DNA from: Laetmonice hystrix
Taxonomy: Eukaryota
NCBI GenBank assembly: GCA_965235115.1
Contig: OZ249436.1
Coordinates: forward strand, 12,898,001-12,962,000
Reading direction: 5' to 3'
Length of the DNA: 64,000 nucleotides
The notes below the pieces were generated by a model. It saw nothing but the letters and a program-made list of their open reading frames with translations, was not told the origin of the DNA and made no database searches. This document shows positions 54,601 through 64,000 of this stretch, one piece after another (within the stretch, counting starts at the first letter, position 1; each line of letters opens with the position of its first letter). Made by a program: the position numbers and the translations under genes.

Positions 54601-57600
54601 CAGCCGATCAGATGTAGGGACTTCTCAGTGTACTGTTTGGCCTCTCATAGTGCTTGTCCTCACAGTATACGGTTTGGCCTCACTGTACTGTTCGGCCTCA
54701 CTGTAGTGTTTGCTTGGGTATTAGGCAAGGCAGTACCTTGTAGGGATTCGTCACTGTACTGTTTGGCCTCCCTGTACTCTTTGGCCTCACTGTACTGTTT
54801 GCTTCTACAACTGTCGCCAGTAATATAGGGACGCCTCATGTTTCATGTTTCCATGCCTTTATTGTCCAAGAGGCAGGCCATCCGTTTCGTCCATCATTTA
54901 GGCCTACTCCCATGTAATGTGTGTCCCCTACTGACCACCTGTAAGCGTCCGACAACGTTGTATGGTAGACCCAGTGGATGTTTGCCGTAAAGACCTAATT
55001 AACAAAGGCAAATGACGTTGTTCGCCTTTCTATATCAGATATCCCATCCCAAGTAGAAACGGATGACAGAGATGTTGCAAGCAAACACCAGGGTGCGGTA
55101 CTAAAGGGTCCGACTGCACTGCCACCTTCCGACTACCGATGTAATCACCACCTTAGACCTGGCCGGGCTGGCAGGCACGTATGGCGCTTAGGGGAAAGAC
55201 AGGTTTATGCAATGATAAGCGAAAAATGGCTTCATTTTTGATACGTCAAATTGAAATTTGCCCCCAAAATTATGATTGTTAGGCCAGATGTATAACTGTC
55301 AACCGTATAGGTCTCGTACGTTCGCTTTAGATAAATGGTTGTGATATGTCTACTTCCCATTTGAGTATCTTCTCCAAATTTTAACATTAGATGCCCCTCG
55401 CCTATACCTTTCATTTCCACTACCTCACTGAACTGTTTGCATGGGTAGTAGGCCAGCCTATCAGATGTAGGGACTTCTCAGTATACTGTTTGGCCTCTCA
55501 TAGTGCTTGTCCTCACAGTATACGGTTTGGCCTCACTGTACTGTTCGGCCTCACTGTAGTGTTTGCTTGGGTACTAGGCAATGCAGTACCTTGTAGGGAT
55601 TCGTCACTGTACTGTTTGGCCTCCCTGTACTCTTGGGCCTCACTGTACTGTTTGCTTCTATACAACTGTCGCCAGTAATATAGGGACGCCTCATGTTGCA
55701 TGTTTCCATGCCTTTATTGTCCAAGAGGCAGGCCATCCGTTTCGTCCATCATTTACTCCCATGTAATCTGTGTCCCCTACTGACCACCTGTAAGCGTCCG
55801 ACAACGTTGTATGGTAGACCCAGTGGATGTTTGCCGTAAAGACTTAATTAACAAAGGCAAATGACGTTGTTCGCCTTTCTATATCAGATATCCCATCCCA
55901 AGTAGAAACAGATGGCAGAGATGTTGCAAGCAAACACCATGGTGCGGTACTGAAGGGTCCGACTGCACTGCCACCTTCCGGCTACCGATGTAATCACCAC
56001 CTTAGACCTGGCTGGGCTGGCAGGCACGTATGGCGCTTAGGGGAGAGACAGGGTTATGCAATGATAAGCGAAAAATGGCTTCATTTTTGATACGTCAAAT
56101 TGAAATTACGGCCCAATATTATGATTGTTAGGCCAGATGTATAACTGTCAACCGTATAGATCTCGTACGTTCGCTATATGATATGTCTACTTCCCATTTG
56201 AGTATCTTCTCCAAATTTTAGCATTAGATACCCTCGCCTATACCTTTCTTTTCCACTACCTCACTGAACTGTTTGCATGGGTAGTAGGCCAGCCTATCAG
56301 ATGTAGGAACCTCTCAGTGTACTGTTTGGCCTCTCATAGTGCTTGTCCTCACAGCATACGGTTTGGCCTCACTGTACTGTTCGGCCTCACTGTAGTGTCT
56401 GCTGGGGTATTAGGCAAGGCAGTACCTTGTAGGGACTTGTCACTGTACTGTTTGGCCTCCCTGTACCCTTGAGCCTCACTGTACTGTTTGCTTCTACAAC
56501 TGTCGCCAGTAATATAGGGACGCCTCAGTCATGTTTCATGTTTCCATGCCTTTATTGTCCAAGAGGCAGGCCATCCGTTTCATCCATCATTTACTCCCAT
56601 GTAATCTGTGTCCCTACTGACCACCTGTAAGCGTCCGACAACGTTGTATGGTAGACCCAGTGGATGTTTGCCGTAAAGACTTAATTAACAATGACAAATG
56701 ACGTTGTTCCCCTTTCTAAATCAGATATCCCATCCCCAAGTAGAAACGAATGACAGAGATGTTGCAAGCAAACACCAGGGTGCGGTACTGAAGGGTCCGA
56801 CTGCACTGCCACCTTCCGGCTACCGATGTAATCACCACCTTAGACCTGGCCGGGCGTGCAGGCACGTATGGCGCCTAGGGGAGAGACAGGTTTATGCAAT
56901 GATAAGCGAAAAATGGCTTCATTTTTGATACGTCAAATTGAAATTACGCCCCCAAAATTATGATTGTTAGGCCAGATGTATAACTGTCACTCTTATAGGT
57001 CTCGTACGTTCGCTATAGATAAATGGTTGTGATATGTCTACTTCCAATTTGAGTATCTTCTCCAAATTTTAACATTAGATGCCCCTCGCCTATACCTTTC
57101 ACTTCCACTACCTCACTGAACTGTTTGCATCGGTAGTAGGCCAGCCGATAGGATGTAGGGACGTCCCAGTGTACTGTTTGGCCTCTCATAGTGCTTGTCC
57201 TCACAGTATACGGTTTGGCCTCACTGTACTGTTCGGCCTCACTGTAGTGTTTGCTTGGGTATTAGGCAAGGTAGTACCACCTTGTAGGGATTCGTCACTG
57301 TACTGTTTGGCCTCCCTGTACTCTTTGGCCTCACTGTACTGTTTGCTTCTATACAACTGTCGCCAGTAATATATGGACGCCTCATGTTTCATGTTTCCAT
57401 GCCTTTATTGTCCAAGAGGCAGGCCATCCGTTTCGTCCATCATTTAGGCCTACTCCCATGTAATGTGTGTCCCCTACTGACCACCTGTAAGCGTCCGACA
57501 ACGTTGTATGGTAGACCCAGTGGATGTTTGCCGTAAAGACCTAATTATCAAAGGCAAATGACGTTGTTCCCCTTTCTATATCAGATATCCCATCCCAAGT

Positions 57601-60600
57601 AGAAACAGATGGCAGAGATGTTGCAGGCAAACACCAGGGTGCGGTACTGAAGGGTCCGACTGCACTGCCACCTTCCGGCTAACGATGTAATCACCACCTT
57701 AGACCTGGCCGGGCTGGCAGGCACGTATGGCGCTTAAGGGAGAGACAGGTTTATGCAATGATAAGCGAAAAATGGCTTTATTTTTGATACGTCAAATTGA
57801 AATTACCCCCTGCAAAAATTATGATTGTTAGGCCAGATGTATAACTGTCACCCGTATAGGTCTCGTACGTTCGCTAGAGATAAATGGTTGTGATATGTCT
57901 ACTTCCCATTTGAGTATCTTCTCCAAATTTTAACATTAGATGCGCCTCGCCTATACCTTTCATTTCTACTACCTCACTGAATTGTTTGCATGGGTAGTAG
58001 GCCAGCCGATCAGATGTAGGGACTTCTCAGTGTACTGTTTGGCCTCTCATAGTGCTTGTCCTCACAGTATATGGTTTGGCCTCACTGTACTGTTCGGCCT
58101 CACTGTAGTGTTTGCTTGGGTATTAGGCAAGGCAGTACCTTGTAGGGATTCGTCACTGTACTGTTTGGCCTCCCTGTACTCTTTGGCCTCACTGTACTGT
58201 TTGCTTCTACAACTGTCGCCAGTAATATAGGGACGCCTCATGTTTCATGTTTCCATGCCTTTATTGTCCAAGAGGCAGGCCATCCGTTTCGTCCATCATT
58301 TAGGCCTACTCCCATGTAATGTGTGTCCCCTACTGACCACCTGTAAGCGTCCGACAACGTTGTATGGTAGACCCAGTGGATGTTTGCCGTAAAGACCTAA
58401 TTAACAAAGGCAAATGACGTTGTTCGCCTTTCTATATCAGATATCCCATCCCAAGTAGAAACGGATGACAGAGATGTTGCAAGCAAACACCAGGGTGCGG
58501 TACTAAAGGGTCCGACTGCACTGCCACCTTCCGACTACCGATGTAATCACCACCTTAGACCTGGCCGGGCTGGCAGGCACGTATGGCGCTTAGGGGAAAG
58601 ACAGGTTTATGCAATGATAAGCGAAAAATGGCTTCATTTTTGATACGTCAAATTGAAATTTGCCCCCAAAATTATGATTGTTAGGCCAGATGTATAACTG
58701 TCAACCGTATAGGTCTCGTACGTTCGCTTTAGATAAATGGTTGTGATATGTCTACTTCCCATTTGAGTATCTTCTCCAAATTTTAACATTAGATGCCCCT
58801 CGCCTATACCTTTCATTTCCACTACCTCACTGAACTGTTTGCATGGGTAGTAGGCCAGCCTATCAGATGTAGGGACTTCTCAGTATACTGTTTGGCCTCT
58901 CATAGTGCTTGTCCTCACAGTATACGGTTTGGCCTCACTGTACTGTTCGGCCTCACTGTAGTGTTTGCTTGGGTACTAGGCAATGCAGTACCTTGTAGGG
59001 ATTCGTCACTGTACTGTTTGGCCTCCCTGTACTCTTGGGCCTCACTGTACTGTTTGCTTCTATACAACTGTCGCCAGTAATATAGGGACGCCTCATGTTG
59101 CATGTTTCCATGCCTTTATTGTCCAAGAGGCAGGCCATCCGTTTCGTCCATCATTTACTCCCATGTAATCTGTGTCCCCTACTGACCACCTGTAAGCGTC
59201 CGACAACGTTGTATGGTAGACCCAGTGGATGTTTGCCGTAAAGACTTAATTAACAAAGGCAAATGACGTTGTTCGCCTTTCTATATCAGATATCCCATCC
59301 CAAGTAGAAACAGATGGCAGAGATGTTGCAAGCAAACACCATGGTGCGGTACTGAAGGGTCCGACTGCACTGCCACCTTCCGGCTACCGATGTAATCACC
59401 ACCTTAGACCTGGCTGGGCTGGCAGGCACGTATGGCGCTTAGGGGAGAGACAGGTTTATGCAATGATAAGCGAAAAATGGCTTCATTTTTGATACGTCAA
59501 ATTGAAATTACGGCCCAAAATTATGATTGTTAGGCCAGATGTATAACTGTCAACCGTATAGATCTCGTACGTTCGCTATATGATATGTCTACTTCCCATT
59601 TGAGTATCTTCTCCAAATTTTAGCATTAGATACCCTCGCCTATACCTTTCTTTTCCACTACCTCACTGAACTGTTTGCATGGGTAGTAGGCCAGCCTATC
59701 AGATGTAGGAACCTCTCAGTGTACTGTTTGGCCTCTCATAGTGCTTGTCCTCACAGCATACGGTTTGGCCTCACTGTACTGTTCGGCCTCACTGTAGTGT
59801 CTGCTGGGGTATTAGGCAAGGCAGTACCTTGTAGGGATTCGTCACTGTACTGTTTGGCCTCCCTGTACCCTTAAGCCTCACTGTACTGTTTGCTTCTACA
59901 ACTGTCGCCAGTAATATAGGGACGCCTCAGTCATGTTTCATGTTTCCATGCCTTTATTGTCCAAGAGGCAGGCCATCCGTTTCGTCCATCATTTACTCCC
60001 ATGTAATCTGTGTCCCCTACTGACCACCTGTAAGCGTCCGACAACGTTGTATGATAGACCCAGTGGATGTTTGCCGTAAAGACTTAATTAACAATGACAA
60101 ATGACGTTGTTCCCCTTTCTATATCAGATATCCCATCCCCAAGTAGAAACGAATGACAGAGATGTTGCAAGCAAACACCAGGGTGCGGTACTGAAGGGTC
60201 CGACTGCACTGCCACCTTCCGGCTACCGATGTAATCACCACCTTAGACCTGGCCGGGCTGGCAGGCACGTATGGCGCCTTGGGGAGAGACAGGTTTATGC
60301 AATGATAAGCGAAAAATGGCTTCATTTTTGATACGTCAAATTGAAATTACGCCCCCAAAATTATGATTGTTAGGCCAGATGTATAACTGTCACTCTTATA
60401 GGTCTCGTACGTTCGCTATAGATAAATGGTTGTGATATGTCTACTTCCAATTTGAGTATCTTCTCCAAATTTTAACATTAGATGCCCCTCGCCTATACCT
60501 TTCACTTCCACTACCTCACTGAACTGTTTGCATCGGTAGTAGGCCAGCCGATAGGATGTAGGGACGTCCCAGTGTACTGTTTGGCCTCTCATAGTGCTTG

Positions 60601-63503
60601 TCCTCACAGTATACGGTTTGGCCTCACTGTACTGTTCGGCCTCACTGTAGTGTTTGCTTGGGTATTAGGCAAGGTAGTACCACCTTGTAGGGATTCGTCA
60701 CTGTACTGTTTGGCCTCCCTGTACTCTTTGGCCTCACTGTACTGTTTGCTTCTATACAACTGTCGCCAGTAATATATGGACGCCTCATGTTTCATGTTTC
60801 CATGCCTTTATTGTCCAAGAGGCAGGCCATCCGTTTCGTCCATCATTTAGGCCTACTCCCATGTAATGTGTGTCCCCTACTGACCACCTGTAAGCGTCCG
60901 ACAACGTTGTATGGTAGACCCAGTGGATGTTTGCCGTAAAGACCTAATTATCAAAGGCAAATGACGTTGTTCCCCTTTCTATATCAGATATCCCATCCCA
61001 AGTAGAAACAGATGGCAGAGATGTTGCAGGCAAACACCAGGGTGCGGTACTGAAGGGTCCGACTGCACTGCCACCTTCCGGCTAACGATGTAATCACCAC
61101 CTTAGACCTGGCCGGGCTGGCAGGCACGTATGGCGCTTAAGGGAGAGACAGGTTTATGCAATGATAAGCGAAAAATGGCTTTATTTTTGATACGTCAAAT
61201 TGAAATTACCCCCTGCAAAAATTATGATTGTTAGGCCAGATGTATAACTGTCACCCGTATAGGTCTCGTACGTTCGCTAGAGATAAATGGTTGTGATATG
61301 TCTACTTCCCATTTGAGTATCTTCTCCAAATTTTAACATTAGATGCGCCTCGCCTATACCTTTCATTTCTACTACCTCACTGAATTGTTTGCATGGGTAG
61401 TAGGCCAGCCGATCAGATGTAGGGACTTCTCAGTGTACTGTTTGGCCTCTCATAGTGCTTGTCCTCACAGTATACGGTTTGGCCTCACTGTACTGTTCGG
61501 CCTCACTGTAGTGTTTGCTTGGGTATTAGGCAAGGCAGTACCTTGTAGGGATTCGTCACTGTACTGTTTGGCCTCCCTGTACTCTTTGGCCTCACTGTAC
61601 TGTTTGCTTCTACAACTGTCGCCAGTAATATAGGGACGCCTCATGTTTCATGTTTCCATGCCTTTATTGTCCAAGAGGCAGGCCATCCGTTTCGTCCATC
61701 ATTTAGGCCTACTCCCATGTAATGTGTGTCCCCTACTGACCACCTGTAAGCGTCCGACAACGTTGTATGGTAGACCCAGTGGATGTTTGCCGTAAAGACC
61801 TAATTAACAAAGGCAAATGACGTTGTTCGCCTTTCTATATCAGATATCCCATCCCAAGTAGAAACGGATGACAGAGATGTTGCAAGCAAACACCAGGGTG
61901 CGGTACTAAAGGGTCCGACTGCACTGCCACCTTCCGACTACCGATGTAATCACCACCTTAGACCTGGCCGGGCTGGCAGGCACGTATGGCGCTTAGGGGA
62001 AAGACAGGTTTATGCAATGATAAGCGAAAAATGGCTTCATTTTTGATACGTCAAATTGAAATTTGCCCCCAAAATTATGATTGTTAGGCCAGATGTATAA
62101 CTGTCAACCGTATAGGTCTCGTACGTTCGCTTTAGATAAATGGTTGTGATATGTCTACTTCCCATTTGAGTATCTTCTCCAAATTTTAACATTAGATGCC
62201 CCTCGCCTATACCTTTCATTTCCACTACCTCACTGAACTGTTTGCATGGGTAGTAGGCCAGCCTATCAGATGTAGGGACTTCTCAGTATACTGTTTGGCC
62301 TCTCATAGTGCTTGTCCTCACAGTATACGGTTTGGCCTCACTGTACTGTTCGGCCTCACTGTAGTGTTTGCTTGGGTACTAGGCAATGCAGTACCTTGTA
62401 GGGATTCGTCACTGTACTGTTTGGCCTCCCTGTACTCTTGGGCCTCACTGTACTGTTTGCTTCTATACAACTGTCGCCAGTAATATAGGGACGCCTCATG
62501 TTGCATGTTTCCATGCCTTTATTGTCCAAGAGGCAGGCCATCCGTTTCGTCCATCATTTACTCCCATGTAATCTGTGTCCCCTACTGACCACCTGTAAGC
62601 GTCCGACAACGTTGTATGGTAGACCCAGTGGATGTTTGCCGTAAAGACTTAATTAACAAAGGCAAATGACGTTGTTCGCCTTTCTATATCAGATATCCCA
62701 TCCCAAGTAGAAACAGATGGCAGAGATGTTGCAAGCAAACACCATGGTGCGGTACTGAAGGGTCCGACTGCACTGCCACCTTCCGGCTACCGATGTAATC
62801 ACCACCTTAGACCTGGCTGGGCTGGCAGGCACGTATGGCGCTTAGGGGAGAGACAGGTTTATGCAATGATAAGCGAAAAATGGCTTCATTTTTGATACGT
62901 CAAATTGAAATTACGGCCCAAAATTATGATTGTTAGGCCAGATGTATAACTGTCAACCGTATAGATCTCGTACGTTCGCTATATGATATGTCTACTTCCC
63001 ATTTGAGTATCTTCTCCAAATTTTAGCATTAGATACCCTCGCCTATACCTTTCTTTTCCACTACCTCACTGAACTGTTTGCATGGGTAGTAGGCCAGCCT
63101 ATCAGATGTAGGAACCTCTCAGTGTACTGTTTGGCCTCTCATAGTGCTTGTCCTCACAGCATACGGTTTGGCCTCACTGTACTGTTCGGCCTCACTGTAG
63201 TGTCTGCTGGGGTATTAGGCAAGGCAGTACCTTGTAGGGATTCGTCACTGTACTGTTTGGCCTCCCTGTACCCTTAAGCCTCACTGTACTGTTTGCTTCT
63301 ACAACTGTCGCCAGTAATATAGGGACGCCTCAGTCATGTTTCATGTTTCCATGCCTTTATTGTCCAAGAGGCAGGCCATCCGTTTCGTCCATCATTTACT
63401 CCCATGTAATCTGTGTCCCCTACTGACCACCTGTAAGCGTCCGACAACGTTGTATGATAGACCCAGTGGATGTTTGCCGTAAAGACTTAATTAACAATGA
63501 CAA
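39688..63503. repeat. Seven ABCD 4-mer higher-order repeats with a 6805-bp super-period
   Basis: A starts at 39688, 43088, 46491, 49893, 53296, 56698, 60101 and 63504. Private variants recur at 6805-bp spacing. Confidence 0.9.
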
Positions 63504-64000
63504 ATGACGTTGTTCCCCTTTCTATATCAGATATCCCATCCCCAAGTAGAAACGAATGACAGAGATGTTGCAAGCAAACACCAGGGTGCGGTACTGAAGG
63601 GTCCGACTGCACTGCCACCTTCCGGCTACCGATGTAATCACCACCTTAGACCTGGCCGGGCTGGCAGGCACGTATGGCGCCTTGGGGAGAGACAGGTTTA
63701 TGCAATGATAAGCGAAAAATGGCTTCATTTTTGATACGTCAAATTGAAATTACGCCCCCAAAATTATGATTGTTAGGCCAGATGTATAACTGTCACTCTT
63801 ATAGGTCTCGTACGTTCGCTATAGATAAATGGTTGTGATATGTCTACTTCCAATTTGAGTATCTTCTCCAAATTTTAACATTAGATGCCCCTCGCCTATA
63901 CCTTTCACTTCCACTACCTCACTGAACTGTTTGCATCGGTAGTAGGCCAGCCGATAGGATGTAGGGACGTCCCAGTGTACTGTTTGGCCTCTCATAGTGC

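Larger units (their letters stand above)
9602..64000. repeat. Tandem satellite/macrosatellite array, ~850-bp monomer, 63 complete + 2 partial copies, continuing past the window end
   Basis: The anchor 'aaatgacgttgttc' recurs at 9964, 10800, 11654, 12503, 13357, 14212, 15061, 15899 ... 63504, with a mean spacing of ~850 bp. Identical ORF translations recur in the ORF track. Homology starts sharply at 'catagtgcttgtcc' (9602). Confidence 0.98.

Noticed and set aside
9560..63734. The many 60-97 aa ORFs inside the array as a tandem gene family
   Set aside because: They overlap on both strands, gain and lose starts, stops and frames between monomer classes, match no domain I recognise, and their 6-aa periodicity simply reflects the 18-bp subrepeat.

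Overview
Eukaryotic (animal, probably invertebrate) genomic DNA in three parts. (1) 977-4646 (+): the last nine coding exons of an SLC22-family (MFS) organic ion transporter. All introns are GT-AG, the phases are consistent, and 459 aa lie in the window; the N-terminal exon(s) lie upstream. (2) About 4.7-9.6 kb: unique non-coding DNA with small inverted-repeat elements, G-rich tracts and a promoter-like ETS-CRE/YY1 motif cluster. (3) 9602 to the window end: a >54 kb tandem array of ~850-bp monomers (63 complete plus 2 partial). The monomers fall into four classes (A, B, C, D) arranged as ~3.4-kb ABCD higher-order repeats, with 2-mer and 3-mer variants and nested 5.95-kb and 6.8-kb super-periods. 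The ORFs called inside the array are repeat by-products, not credible genes. The most notable observations are these: each monomer carries a let-7 8mer site plus a 3'-supplementary match (~64 sites in tandem); each monomer contains a plausible exon/98-nt intron/exon fragment; and a TA->TAGGCCTA insertion is polymorphic in the array while the same 8-mer is strongly over-represented in the flanking unique DNA, suggesting a transposon footprint. All functional interpretations of the array are untested hypotheses.
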